Source: an uncultured Acidobacteriota bacterium | Lineage (GTDB): Bacteria; Acidobacteriota; Thermoanaerobaculia; Multivoradales; JAHEKO01 | DNA: 64,000 nucleotides | Direction: 5' to 3' | NCBI GenBank assembly: GCA_963713825.1 | Contig: CAVQNG010000003.1 | Location: 96,001-160,000, forward strand | Shown: positions 28,297 to 38,887 of the stretch, piece by piece | Layout: each line of letters begins with the position of its first letter | How positions within the stretch are numbered: position 1 is the stretch's first letter | Translations under genes and position numbers: made by a program | The notes under the pieces: generated by a model | Told to the model about the DNA's origin: nothing | Database searches by the model: none | What the model saw: the letters and a program-made list of their open reading frames with translations, nothing else

Positions 28297-30036
28297 ATGA
28301 GCAAGCCCACTCCTGAGAACCCAGACGCCGGCCACGAGGCCGAGACTCAGACCGCCAGCAACTTCATCCGTTCGATCATCGATCAGGATGTCGCGGCCGG
28401 CAAGCATGAAGGTCGGGTTCACACCCGCTTTCCCCCCGAGCCCAACGGCTACCTCCATATTGGGCATGCCAAATCGATCTGTCTCAACTTCGGCATCGCC
28501 GCCGACTACGACGGCCTGTGCAACCTCCGATTCGACGATACGAATCCCATCAAGGAGGAGGCCGAGTTCGTCGAATCGATCAAGGAAGACGTCCGGTGGT
28601 TGGGCTTCGATTGGCAGGATCGCGAGTTCTACGCTTCCGACTATTTCGGACAGCTGTACGAGTGGGCCCTCGAGTTGATCCGCAAGGGCAAGGCCTATGT
28701 GGACGATCTGACGGCCGAAGAGATTCGCCAGTATCGAGGCACGCTGACCGAGCCCGGCAAAGAGAGTCCCTATCGAGACCGGTCGGTGGAAGAGAATCTC
28801 GCTCTCTTCGAGTCCATGCGAGCCGGCGAGCTCGCCGACGGATCCAAAGTATTGCGGGCCAAGATCGACATGGCGGCCGGGAATCTCAACATGCGGGACC
28901 CGGTCCTGTACCGCATTCTGCATGCCAGCCACCATCGAACCGGCGACGAGTGGTGCATCTATCCGATGTACGACTTCGCGCACGGTCAGTCCGATTCCAT
29001 CGAGAAGATCACGCACTCCCTGTGCACCCTGGAGTTCGAGGATCATCGACCGCTGTACGACTGGTTCATCCGCGAGCTGGAGATCTTCCCCTCTCGTCAG
29101 ATCGAGTTCGCCCGTCTAAACCTCAGCCAGACCGTCCTGAGTAAGAGAAAGCTCAAGCAGTTGGTCGACGAAGGCCTGGTTTCCGGTTGGGACGATCCAC
29201 GAATGCCCACCATCTCGGGGCTTCGCCGCCGCGGCTACACGCCGGAATCGATCCGCGATTTTGCCGACCGAATCGGCGTTGCCAAGGCCGACAGCACCGT
29301 GGATATGGCCCTACTCGAGCACTGCCTGAGGGTCGACCTCAACAAGCGGGCGCCGCGAGTGATGGCTGTGCTCGACCCCCTCAAGGTCGTGATCGAGAAC
29401 TACCCCGAAGGCGAGTCCGAGCTGTTGGAGGCCGTCAACAACCCCGAGGACCCAGAGGCCGGCAGCCGGCAGATCCCCTTCTCCCGCGAGCTCTGGATCG
29501 AGAAGAACGACTTCCGCGAGGAGGCACCCAAGAAGTACTTCCGGTTGGCTCCGGGCCGGGAGGTCCGCCTGCGCTACGGCTTCTTCATCACCTGCCAAGA
29601 GATCGTCAAGGATGAGACCACCGGCGAGGTCGTCGAGCTGCGATGTACCTACGATCCCGAGACGAGGGGTGGCTATGCTCCGGACGGGCGAAAGGTCCGC
29701 GGCACGATCCACTGGGTCTCGGCACCCGAGTCGGTCGATGCCGAGGTCAGGCTGTACGACCACCTCCTGAAGCCGGTCGAGGAGAGGCCGGCTGGCGAGG
29801 CCAAGGACTTCAAGGCCAGCCTCAATCCCGACTCTCTGCAAGTGCTATCTGGCTGCAAGGTGGAGCCCAGCCTCAAAGGAGCAGCGCCCGAAAGCCGCTT
29901 CCAGTTCGAGCGCCAGGGTTACTTCTGCGTCGACAACCACGACTCGACGCCCGAGCACCTGGTCTTCAACCGGACTGTGACCCTACGAGACACCTGGGCC
30001 AAGATCGAAAAGGCACAGAAGCAGGCCGCCGGGTAG
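28297..30036 (+). CDS. glnS: Glutamine-tRNA ligase
   Basis: [58 protein letters not shown]. Confidence 0.97.
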   Translation: MSKPTPENPDAGHEAETQTASNFIRSIIDQDVAAGKHEGRVHTRFPPEPNGYLHIGHAKSICLNFGIAADYDGLCNLRFDDTNPIKEEAEFVESIKEDVRWLGFDWQDREFYASDYFGQLYEWALELIRKGKAYVDDLTAEEIRQYRGTLTEPGKESPYRDRSVEENLALFESMRAGELADGSKVLRAKIDMAAGNLNMRDPVLYRILHASHHRTGDEWCIYPMYDFAHGQSDSIEKITHSLCTLEFEDHRPLYDWFIRELEIFPSRQIEFARLNLSQTVLSKRKLKQLVDEGLVSGWDDPRMPTISGLRRRGYTPESIRDFADRIGVAKADSTVDMALLEHCLRVDLNKRAPRVMAVLDPLKVVIENYPEGESELLEAVNNPEDPEAGSRQIPFSRELWIEKNDFREEAPKKYFRLAPGREVRLRYGFFITCQEIVKDETTGEVVELRCTYDPETRGGYAPDGRKVRGTIHWVSAPESVDAEVRLYDHLLKPVEERPAGEAKDFKASLNPDSLQVLSGCKVEPSLKGAAPESRFQFERQGYFCVDNHDSTPEHLVFNRTVTLRDTWAKIEKAQKQAAG

Positions 30037-30091
30037 CCCGGCAGGCCTGTGGGGTGAGGCGCCCGGTCGTGCCTCCGGCTGGCCTTTGGGA

Positions 30092-30465
30092 GCTTAGGGG
30101 TCGAGACGGCCGATCGAACCAGGGATCTCCCCCGTCTGCGGCCTCACCCGACCATGCCCCTCCGACGAGGGAGACCCATGGCCCGATCTACCACCTTCGA
30201 GACACATCGAGATTCCGACTGATCAATCACCCCCTACGCCCTTAAGCCCCTACACCCCTAGGCCCCCTTTTGTCTCCATTGGTGCCAGAGGTTCGTTCAG
30301 GTGGTTCGACAGGGGTGCCGAGTCGAGCGCAGCGCAAGGTCCACGAACGAGCACAACAGATGAGGCGCGATGACGAGACAAGGTGGCGGCCCACCCGTCA
30401 TAGTCTGAGTAGCCGACGCCGTCCGCCTGCGAACCACCCGGACGGGCCTCCACGAGAAGAAGGTC
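30092..30465. repeat. Composite intergenic repeat (module A + 8-mer stutter + palindromic module B), inverted copy of 40214-40572
   Basis: Colinear similarity to the reverse complement of 40214-40572; module B at 30288-30450 has ~25-bp terminal inverted repeats. Confidence 0.85.
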
Positions 30466-30493
30466 TTCTGCCCAGGCCCCAAGCCCCAAGACC

Positions 30494-32259
30494 TCAGTCT
30501 CCTACAAATTCCTCCATCACGGCCTTACGGATCAGGGCAGGGGGCAGGACGCCTTGCGCCAGGATGAAGTCGTGGAAGGCTCGGGCGTCGAACTCGTCGC
30601 CCTGGAGGCGCTCCACGTCAGCGCGCAGCTCCATCAGTCGAGAGTAGCCACAGAAGTACGACGTGGCCTGTCCCGGCTGACTCGAAGGTGTAGCGTTCGA
30701 CCTCCTGCAGAGCCATGGCCTCGGAGAAGACGACTTCCTCCCGCAGGATTCGCATGGCCTCCTCGGATGTCACTTCGCCACTCTGCAATCCCGGATCGAG
30801 AAACGCCCGCGCCGCCCGCAGCAAGCGATGCTGCAGTGAGATGAGCTGTCCTTCGAGTGGCATGTAGGGCTTCATGACCGCTTCCGTGTACAGTGCCCAC
30901 CCTTCCGCATTCGTGCTGTTCAGGGCGAACAGGAGTCGAGCTATGGAGACACCGTTCTCCACCATGCCGGCAAACTGCATCTCGTGTCCAGGACGGCCCT
31001 CGTGGACGGTGAGGGTCCAGGAGGCCGCATCGAAGGTAAAATCGTCCGAGATCAAATCGCCGCCCGCCGAGATGTTCTTCAACGGCACGACAAACTCGCC
31101 CCTCTCCCCGGTGTTTCCCAACATTCGCGGCGGATTCATGTGAGGTGCGGAGCCTGCTGCCGACTCGGCTTCGCTAGCCAGACGGATGATCAGGTCACGC
31201 TCCGGCAGTGCGACCAGATCGCGCTGCCGCACGATCTCTTCGATCTCCTCGATCCTCTGCCGAAACAGCGCGATCGCCTCTTCGCCGCTGACCTGCTCCT
31301 TCTTGAGCTCTCGTATGACATCTCTGTAGTCCGACGACTCCAGGCCCCGGTCCTCGGCGATCAGCCTGGCCAGGACCTGCATCTCGTTCTGGATCTCCAC
31401 GAAGGCCACCTTGGCTCGGCTGACGAGCTCTTCGACTGGCATGTCGACACCACGGTCCTTGAGCTTGAAGGCGTAAAGCTCCGACGGGATGCGGAAATCG
31501 GTTCGGGCCTCTGGTAGGACCTTGGTCTGGAGAAACTCGTCCCACTGTGTGATCTGGGTCTCGAGAGCTTCCATGCCCTCTTCCCAACCCTCCAGGCCGT
31601 ACTGTTCGAAGAGGGGCGCAAGGCCGCCAACGAAGTGACTACTTTTCGCGAGATCACCCTCGAGCTCCTCCTTGACCGGTCTCAAGAGCTCCTCGTCGCC
31701 GAGTCGAGTGGTCAGAAGGGCGATGTGCTGCTCGATCAGCGGTGTGTACCCTTCTTCCAGACCAACGTAGCGATTCAAGCGAACCACAGCGGCCGGCCGC
31801 CGGGAGGGGTCCACCTGCTCGTCGAGCAGAACCCGGATGCCTCGCCAAATGTCCTCCGGAACGGTCTCGTAGCCCACCAGATACTGGTCCTCCAGACGAA
31901 TCTCATCGAGGATGAGGTCGGTTGCATGGAGCAGGATATTCAGGTCCAGACGCACCGCAGGGTCCTGTTCTTTGTCGAGTCGAGCGGTCAGCTCCACCTT
32001 GGCCTCTTTGAAGTCGGCCACGACCAGCTCCACGAGGTCTGGTGGCAACTGGGATATTTCTTCATCGAGTCCCGGAATCCCGAGCTCCGAGCCGAGCCTC
32101 CGGCGCCCATTTCGCCAGGATGGACAGCAGAATCTGGCTGTTCGCGTTACTACGCTCGACCCAGGAAACCTCTTCCTGCCCAAAGGTAGCAATGGGTACC
32201 AGCAATGTCATCATCAGGCAGGCCAGTACGAGCCTGCTCGTTCGGCTATAGATCTTCAC
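30494..32259 (-). pseudogene. DUF885-family exported protein (M48-like HExxPGH) with two frameshifts (~32096, ~30680)
   Basis: GTG 32259 after GGAGG with signal peptide; HEGRPGH, EGWALY, ERY; C-terminal GQATSYFCG...FHDFIL..G.LPP lies in another frame and ends at TGA 30494. Confidence 0.7.
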
Positions 32260-32410
32260 GATTGCACCTCCCAAAAGTTCGCTACATCCTTCCACTACGC
32301 CTGGCTCGGCAGACTTGTTTCGTCCGTCTTTCGGAGCGCTGGCCAATCTCCCGGTCTCCAGGCCGAACCACGGGGTACAATGCGCCGCTGAATCGAAGCG
32401 AGGAGTCGCG

Positions 32411-32917
32411 ATGTCCGAATCGAGTACCGAAGCCACCCGATCCCGCCCCAGCTGGGACGAGTACTTCGTCGACCTGGTCGACGAGATCGCCAGCCGAGCC
32501 ACCTGCGACCGAGGCCGCAGTGGTTGCGTCGTCGTCCGCGACAAGCGCATCATCTGCACCGGGTATGTCGGCTCACCTTCGGGCCTTTCCCACTGCGACG
32601 AAATCGGCCATCTCATGAAGAAAGCTGTCGACGAGGATGGCACTGTCCGGCAACATTGCGTGCGCACCATTCACGCCGAGCAGAATGCCATCTGCCAAGC
32701 GGCTCGCTATGGTCTGCCCCTGGACGGCACGACGCTCTACTGCACCATGGAGCCCTGCCGCGTCTGCGCCATGTTGATCGCCAGCGTTGGCGTCAAGCGA
32801 GTCGTAGCAAAGCGCCGCTACCACGCCGCTCAGGACACGAGAGAGATCTTCACCAAGGCCGGAGTCGAGCTCGACATCATCGAGGACGTCGTCGAGAGCT
32901 ACGCAGGCCAGGACTGA
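32411..32917 (+). CDS. dCMP/cytidine deaminase family protein
   Basis: RPSWDEYF, RATCDR, HAEQNA, EPCRVC zinc motifs; AGGAG RBS. Confidence 0.92.
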   Translation: MSESSTEATRSRPSWDEYFVDLVDEIASRATCDRGRSGCVVVRDKRIICTGYVGSPSGLSHCDEIGHLMKKAVDEDGTVRQHCVRTIHAEQNAICQAARYGLPLDGTTLYCTMEPCRVCAMLIASVGVKRVVAKRRYHAAQDTREIFTKAGVELDIIEDVVESYAGQD

Positions 32918-32947
32918 GAACCGACCGAGTCAGGCTCCTCCAAGACC

Positions 32948-33625
32948 GTGATCATCGCCATCGATGGCCCTGTCGCCGCGGGCAAGACCACCCTCTCCAA
33001 GCATCTTGCGGATCGGTTGGGCTTCTCGCTTCTCGATACAGGAGCCATCTACCGAGCCGTGGCCCTGGCCAGCCGGCGCCAGAACATCGACTGGTCCGAC
33101 GAACCATCCGTCGCTACTGTGGCGAGCCGATTGAGGATCGAGTTTCGGTGGATCGATGGCACCAATCAAGTGCTCATCGAAGGTGAGGACGTCACCGAAG
33201 CGATTCGGACTCCCGAGATGTCGCAGGGCGCTTCGCTGGTGTCCGCGCTGCCCGCGGTCCGCCAGGCCCTGCTCGACCTGCAACGCCAGTTGGGAGAGCA
33301 GGGCAACGTCATCGCCGAAGGACGGGACATCGGTACTGTCGTCTTTCCCCATGCCGACCTCAAGGTCTTTCTCACCGCACGACCTGAGATCCGGGCCAGA
33401 CGTCGCCATCAGGAGTGGCTCCGGAAGGGAATCGGCGACAGCTACGAGGATGTTCTCGAAGCCCTGAAAGAGCGCGACGCGAGGGATGAAAATCGGTCGG
33501 TCGCCCCCCTCGTGCCCGCTCTCGACAGTATTCTCATCGACAGCTCCAAGCTCTCGATAGAGCAGGTTGTTACCCAAGTCCTGGAGCTCGCAGGCCGTGT
33601 CAGGGCAGGAGACGTTTCAGGCTAG
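32948..33625 (+). CDS. cmk: Cytidylate kinase
   Basis: IAIDGPVAAGKTT P-loop, LDTGAIYR, EGRDIGTVVFP. Confidence 0.95.
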   Translation: MIIAIDGPVAAGKTTLSKHLADRLGFSLLDTGAIYRAVALASRRQNIDWSDEPSVATVASRLRIEFRWIDGTNQVLIEGEDVTEAIRTPEMSQGASLVSALPAVRQALLDLQRQLGEQGNVIAEGRDIGTVVFPHADLKVFLTARPEIRARRRHQEWLRKGIGDSYEDVLEALKERDARDENRSVAPLVPALDSILIDSSKLSIEQVVTQVLELAGRVRAGDVSG

Positions 33626-33700
33626 AATCGTCCCTGTCACCTCGAGCCTGGAGTCGCCTGTAACAGACCAACGACCGACGATCTTCAACGGAGGGGCCCG

Positions 33701-36700
33701 ATGATCCATCGGATCGAGATTGCCATCCGCAAGGGGCTGCCGGATCCGCGTGGCAAGCATGTCGCCGCCAGGGTCCGCGACTTTCTCGACATCCCCGTCG
33801 CCGCCGTTCGCACACGCGACGTCTACCACCTGGAAGCGGACTTGACCGACGACGAGGTCGCCAGGATCGTGATCGAGTTCACCGATCCTGTTCTCAACGT
33901 CGGCGCAGCAGGTCGAGTCGACGACGGGCCCTTCGACTCTTCCATCACGGTGGCCTTCAAGCCCGGCGTGGCCGACCCCGTCGGCAAGAGCGCCCGGGTC
34001 GCTATTCAGGACACTCTCGGCCGGTCCCTCGGCGACGAGGCAGCCGTTTATACCTCCGTGATGTACCTACTGGAGGGTGTCGACAAGTCCGAGGCCGAGC
34101 GCATCGCCTTCGAGTTGCTGGCCAATCCCGTCATCCAGACGGCGAGCGTGGTGACCTTCGATGAGTGGACTGTCGCGGAGCCCGACCTCTCGGTACCCAA
34201 GGTGGCTGGAGGGCAGACTCCGGAAGTGCTCGACATCAACCTGACAGGCACTGATGAGGAGCTCTTGAAGATCAGTCGCGAGGGGATGCTGGCTCTCAGC
34301 CTCCGGGAGATGCAGACGATTCGGGATCACTTCATCGAGTCTGCCGAGAAAGAGCCCAGGCGTCGGCAGCTCGGTCTTGGCAGCGATCCGACCGACGTCG
34401 AGCTCGAGTGTCTGGCTCAGACCTGGAGCGAGCACTGCAAGCACAAGATCTTCAACGCCACGATCGGCTATCGCGAGTTGGAAGGCCCGGTCGAGACCAT
34501 TCGGTCGATTTTCAAGACCTACATTCGCGGCGCTACAGAGGAAGTCGACAACCAGGTAGTGGAACAGGGAGGTCGCTCTTGGTTGGTCTCGGTGTTCCAC
34601 GACAACGCGGGGGTCGTGACCTTCGACGACGAGATTCATCTGGTCTACAAAGTCGAGACCCACAACTCACCGTCGGCGCTCGACCCCTACGGAGGTGCCA
34701 TCACGGGCATCGTAGGAGTCAACCGCGACCCCTTCGGCACCGGGCGGGGTGCGGACCTTCTTTCCAATGTCTGGGGCTACTGCTTCGCCTCACCGTTCTA
34801 TGAGGGCGAGCTACCGAAGGGCCTGTTGCATCCGAAGCGGATCCGCGACGGGGTCCATCTCGGCGTCATCGACGGCGGCAACCAGAGTGGAATCCCCTAC
34901 GCAAGAGGCTGGGAGATCTTCGACAGCCGCTATCTCGGCAAACCTCTCGTCTTCTGCGGCACCGTCGGCTCCTTGCCGGTGACGATCGACGGCAAGCCGG
35001 GCGAAGAGAAGTACCCCCGGCCCGGCGATGCCGTGATCATGGTCGGCGGTCGAATCGGTGCGGACGGAATTCACGGGGCAACCTTCTCCTCGGCGGCCCT
35101 CGACGAATCATCACCAGCCCAGGCCGTGCAGATCGGCGATCCCATCACGCAGAAGATGATGTTCGACTTCCTGCTCGAGGCCCGTCGACTCGGGCTCTAT
35201 TCGGCCATCACCGACAACGGTGCCGGCGGACTGTCCTCGTCAGTGGGCGAGATGGCCCAGACCCCAGGTGGGGCCCGAATCGACCTCGAAAAGGCACCTC
35301 TCAAATACGCCGGTCTGGCACCCTGGGAGATCTTCCTGTCGGAGGCCCAGGAGCGCATGACCCTGGCGGTGCCTCACGATCATGTCGAGGCCTTCTTGGA
35401 TCTGGCGGCACGACGAGAGGTCGAGGCCACCGTTCTGGGAGATTTCACCGATGACGGCTTCCTGCAGGTGACCTATGGCAGCAAGACGGTGGCGCTGCTC
35501 GAGATGGACTTCCTACATGACGGGGCACCTGATCTCGATCTCCAGGCTCACTGGGTTCCGCCTGTCTTCGAGGAGCCCTCGACCCGACCGACGGATCTCG
35601 ACAGCACTCTGCTCGACCTGATGGCACGACTGAATCTCTGCAGCAACGAGAAGAAAGCGCGTCACTACGACCACGAGGTCAAGGGCCTGTCGGTCATCAA
35701 GCCGTGGGTGGGTGTTCACGCCGATGTTCCTGCCGAAGCCACGGTGTCCCTGGCCCGTCACGGATCCCTCCGTGGTTTCGTCCTTTCCGAGGGCATCAAC
35801 CCCTACATCTCCGATCTCGACACCTGGGCGATGGCTTCGACCGTTCTCGACGAGGCGGTTCGTCGGCAGCTCTGCGCCGGGGCCAGGCTCGATCGCATTG
35901 CCGCGCTCGACAACTTCTGCTGGCCCGACCCGGTGCGGTCGGAGACCACTCCCGACGGTGAGTACAAGCTGGCCCAGTTGGTGAGAGCCTGCCGAGGGCT
36001 GCATGAGGTCTGCCTGGCCTACGGTGTGCCGCTCATCTCCGGTAAGGACTCGATGAAGAACGAGTCAACCATGGGTGGGGTCAAGATCTCGGTGCCGCCG
36101 ACGCTGCTGCTGTCCGCCATTGGTCAGATCGACGATGTGCGTGAAGCGTTGACTCTCGATTTCAAACAGCCAGGAGACGTAGTCTACGTTCTCGGTGAAA
36201 CGGGTCCTCACACTGGAGCCAGTGAGTACTTCCGCTACCTCGGTGACCGTAAAGGCCTACGACCCGAGCTCGGTCAACCCGCCCCCTTCGTGGGAAGGCG
36301 CCCGCCGACCGTCGACACCACTCGAACGGTACCCCTCTACACGGCGCTCCACGGGGCGATCCGGGCCGGGCTTCTGAGATCCGCGTCCACTCCGAACAAG
36401 GGTGGACTGGCCGTCTCCCTCGCCCGCTGTGCGCTGGCGGCCGATTTGGGAGTCGAGATCGACCTCGATGACTGCCCAGGCGTGGACTGGCTCGAAGACG
36501 ACATCGCTCTCTTCTCGGAGTCCAACGGGCGCTTCGTCGTCAGCCTGGCAGCCGATCAGGCCGACGACTTCGAGAGACACATGGAAGGCACAGCCTGGTG
36601 TAGAGCGGGGGTCGTTACCGACGAGCCACGCCTCGTCATTCGTCGCGATGGACGGTCGCTGGTCGATAGCGATCTGGGTTCACTCCGCAGCCGCTTCAAG

Positions 36701-36721
36701 GAGGGACTGGAACATGCTTGA
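33701..36721 (+). CDS. purL: Phosphoribosylformylglycinamidine synthase subunit PurL with N-terminal PurS-like segments
   Basis: QTWSEHCKHKIF, KVETHNSPS, GGRIGADGIHGATFSS, DNGAGGLSS, SEAQERM, ISGKDSM, LFSESNGRF. Confidence 0.95.
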   Translation: MIHRIEIAIRKGLPDPRGKHVAARVRDFLDIPVAAVRTRDVYHLEADLTDDEVARIVIEFTDPVLNVGAAGRVDDGPFDSSITVAFKPGVADPVGKSARVAIQDTLGRSLGDEAAVYTSVMYLLEGVDKSEAERIAFELLANPVIQTASVVTFDEWTVAEPDLSVPKVAGGQTPEVLDINLTGTDEELLKISREGMLALSLREMQTIRDHFIESAEKEPRRRQLGLGSDPTDVELECLAQTWSEHCKHKIFNATIGYRELEGPVETIRSIFKTYIRGATEEVDNQVVEQGGRSWLVSVFHDNAGVVTFDDEIHLVYKVETHNSPSALDPYGGAITGIVGVNRDPFGTGRGADLLSNVWGYCFASPFYEGELPKGLLHPKRIRDGVHLGVIDGGNQSGIPYARGWEIFDSRYLGKPLVFCGTVGSLPVTIDGKPGEEKYPRPGDAVIMVGGRIGADGIHGATFSSAALDESSPAQAVQIGDPITQKMMFDFLLEARRLGLYSAITDNGAGGLSSSVGEMAQTPGGARIDLEKAPLKYAGLAPWEIFLSEAQERMTLAVPHDHVEAFLDLAARREVEATVLGDFTDDGFLQVTYGSKTVALLEMDFLHDGAPDLDLQAHWVPPVFEEPSTRPTDLDSTLLDLMARLNLCSNEKKARHYDHEVKGLSVIKPWVGVHADVPAEATVSLARHGSLRGFVLSEGINPYISDLDTWAMASTVLDEAVRRQLCAGARLDRIAALDNFCWPDPVRSETTPDGEYKLAQLVRACRGLHEVCLAYGVPLISGKDSMKNESTMGGVKISVPPTLLLSAIGQIDDVREALTLDFKQPGDVVYVLGETGPHTGASEYFRYLGDRKGLRPELGQPAPFVGRRPPTVDTTRTVPLYTALHGAIRAGLLRSASTPNKGGLAVSLARCALAADLGVEIDLDDCPGVDWLEDDIALFSESNGRFVVSLAADQADDFERHMEGTAWCRAGVVTDEPRLVIRRDGRSLVDSDLGSLRSRFKEGLEHA

Positions 36722-37583
36722 GGATGCCGTTCAGGAGCTCAGGAGGCTTCCCTCCGACGAGTTGGCGCGGGCCAGATCCGAGGTGCGCGTTCTGGTGATC
36801 TCGGGTTTGGGCCTCAATTGTGAAGTGGAGACAGCGGAGGCCTTTCGACTGGTCGGCGGCGATGCCGAGATGGTTCATTTGCTGGATCTGCTCGACGGCA
36901 AGTCGGGCCACAGCCTGGCCGACTACAGAATCGTGACTTTCGTCGGCGGCTTTGCCTTCGGCGACCACCTGGGAGCTGGCTTCGTCTTCGCGAATCGGAT
37001 TCGCTGGCGGCTCTACGATCAACTCGTCGAGCTCATCGAGAGGGGTGGCCTGGCACTGGGAATCTGCAACGGCTTCCAAACCATGGTTCGACTCGGCATG
37101 GTGCCGGGCTTCGATGGGGACTACCGCACCCCTCGCGCGACTCTGGCCCCCAATGACCGCTTGGGCTACTGGGACAGCTGGGTCCGGCTCAAGGCCGATC
37201 CGGAGTCACCCTGCGTCTGGACCCGAGGCATCGACGCAATCGACCTGCCGACCCGCCACGGAGAGGGCAAGCTCCTGACAGAATCCGCAGAAGTCCTAGA
37301 GAGGCTGGAGAAGGGACACCAGGTCGCCGTGAGATATGTGGGTGCAGATGGCGAGCCCACCCAGGAATGGCCGGCCAATCCCAACGGATCACCGGGCGCG
37401 GTGGCCGGCATCTGCGACCCGACAGGGCGCCTCTTCGGCCTGATGCCCCACCCCGACGCCTACCTCTATCCCTTCCAGCATCCCCAGTGGTCGCGCAGGC
37501 GCTACGAAGGTGATGTCCCCGAGGAGGGCGCCGGCCTGGCGATCTTCCGCAACGGCGTCGACGCTGCAGCAGCGTCAAGGTAG
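36714..37583 (+). CDS. purQ: Phosphoribosylformylglycinamidine synthase glutaminase subunit PurQ
   Basis: GLNCE, GGFAFGD, LGICNGFQ, HGEGK, NPNGS, LMPHPD; overlaps the purL stop. Confidence 0.93.
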   Translation: MLEDAVQELRRLPSDELARARSEVRVLVISGLGLNCEVETAEAFRLVGGDAEMVHLLDLLDGKSGHSLADYRIVTFVGGFAFGDHLGAGFVFANRIRWRLYDQLVELIERGGLALGICNGFQTMVRLGMVPGFDGDYRTPRATLAPNDRLGYWDSWVRLKADPESPCVWTRGIDAIDLPTRHGEGKLLTESAEVLERLEKGHQVAVRYVGADGEPTQEWPANPNGSPGAVAGICDPTGRLFGLMPHPDAYLYPFQHPQWSRRRYEGDVPEEGAGLAIFRNGVDAAAASR

Positions 37584-37725
37584 CGCAGGCGCTTTCGAGC
37601 GCCTACTGACCTGGGTCCTGGGGCTTGGGTCCTCCCAAGAATAGGCTGGCACCTTCTACTACCGGCTCTTCCTGCGACTCACCGAGACTCCCTCATAGTC
37701 CGCCTGATCACCCCGGGACGGGCCT

Positions 37726-38370
37726 CTACAGGCCCGACAAATCGTCGGGCTCGTTTCCCTGGAAAACTCCAGGAACGCGATCGTAGACCCTCTGGAAAGT
37801 GATCTTGGGCATTCGCCCGTTGCCTTCCATCTTGGTCTTGACAAAGAGCTGACTGCCGTCGTCTGAAAGTTCGTACTTCTCTGTGATTGCGCCGCCTTGT
37901 GGCGAGTCGCGCTCGATCTCGATGTGCCTGCCCTTCTTCCAGATCGCCGTGGCCTCGAGAAGCCCCGCCTCCAGGTCCTCCGTCATGCGGCCATCGGTGT
38001 AGAAGGTGTTCTCGTTGTCGTCGGCCAAACGGATTCGAAAGGTGGGATCTTCGTGGTCGATGACGATCTGCTGAATCCTGGCTTCGCGCTCGCCCAGACG
38101 CTCTTGCATGCCTTCCCGTCCTCCGCCACGCCCTCCACCGCCACCCCGCATCCCTCCACCCATTCCGCCGCCTCTTCCACCACTCTCACCTCCACGTCCC
38201 TTCGACATGCTCTCTGACATCTTCTCTCTCGGGTTCTCACTCAGCTCCTGATTCAGCTTCCAGGTGCCCGAAAAATCGGGCTGCTCTGCCGCCAAGGAGG
38301 CTACGGCAAGGAGGACACCAAGCGTAAGGAACGGCAGAGCCAGCCCGAGGATTCCCTTGTTTGCGGTCAT
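37726..38370 (-). CDS. Hypothetical exported protein with a Gly/Arg-rich insert
   Basis: AGGAG RBS, signal peptide, PDFSGTWKLNQELSE ... RVYDR beta-barrel-like pattern. Confidence 0.75.
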   Translation of the reverse strand: MTANKGILGLALPFLTLGVLLAVASLAAEQPDFSGTWKLNQELSENPREKMSESMSKGRGGESGGRGGGMGGGMRGGGGGRGGGREGMQERLGEREARIQQIVIDHEDPTFRIRLADDNENTFYTDGRMTEDLEAGLLEATAIWKKGRHIEIERDSPQGGAITEKYELSDDGSQLFVKTKMEGNGRMPKITFQRVYDRVPGVFQGNEPDDLSGL

Positions 38371-38468
38371 CTCACTCTCCTGTTGCATCGAATTCGCATC
38401 AGGAGGTGAAACCCCCGGGCCACGAGAATCCTTCGCTTGCCACCGCTACCTGAACCGGTTGTCGACTG

Positions 38469-38631
38469 GAGGTCCGTCCGGGTGGTCCGCAGGCGGACGG
38501 TGGCGGCTACTCTGACTACGATGGGCGGGCCGCCACCTCGTCACGTCTTCACGCCGGGAAAATGCGGTGACAGGCACCTCATTTCACAGCGCCACGGGAG
38601 CGCCCCCTGTCGAACCACCCGAACGAACCTC
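38469..38631. repeat. Palindromic module B repeat (MITE/REPIN-like) containing REP hairpin copy 2 (38558-38585)
   Basis: GAGGTCCGTCCGGGTGGTCCGCAGG ... CCTGTCGAACCACCCGAACGAACCTC termini; homologous to 30288-30450 and 40229-40391. Confidence 0.8.
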
Positions 38632-38887
38632 TGGCACCGATCTGGGCAATAGGGGCCTAGGCAGCCAAGGGGAGTGTTTGTTCGCCCTTCCTGGCCATTT
38701 GTCACTTTGGCCTTCGAGCTGTACGTTTTGGATGCTAAATGGTGCCTTTTGGACGGTGGTCTGGCGCAGTACCACCAGCGAACCAGAACCTCAGGACTTT
38801 TGCTCCCCTAGGCCCTCTCCTACATACCCAGGAACCAAGCCCCAGGGCCCAAAGATCGGCCGGCAGAGACGCCGGCCGCTTCAATCG

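Noticed and set aside
36402-36713. Long N-terminal extension of purQ
   Set aside because: It overlaps purL out of frame; an RBS-supported ATG is at 36714.
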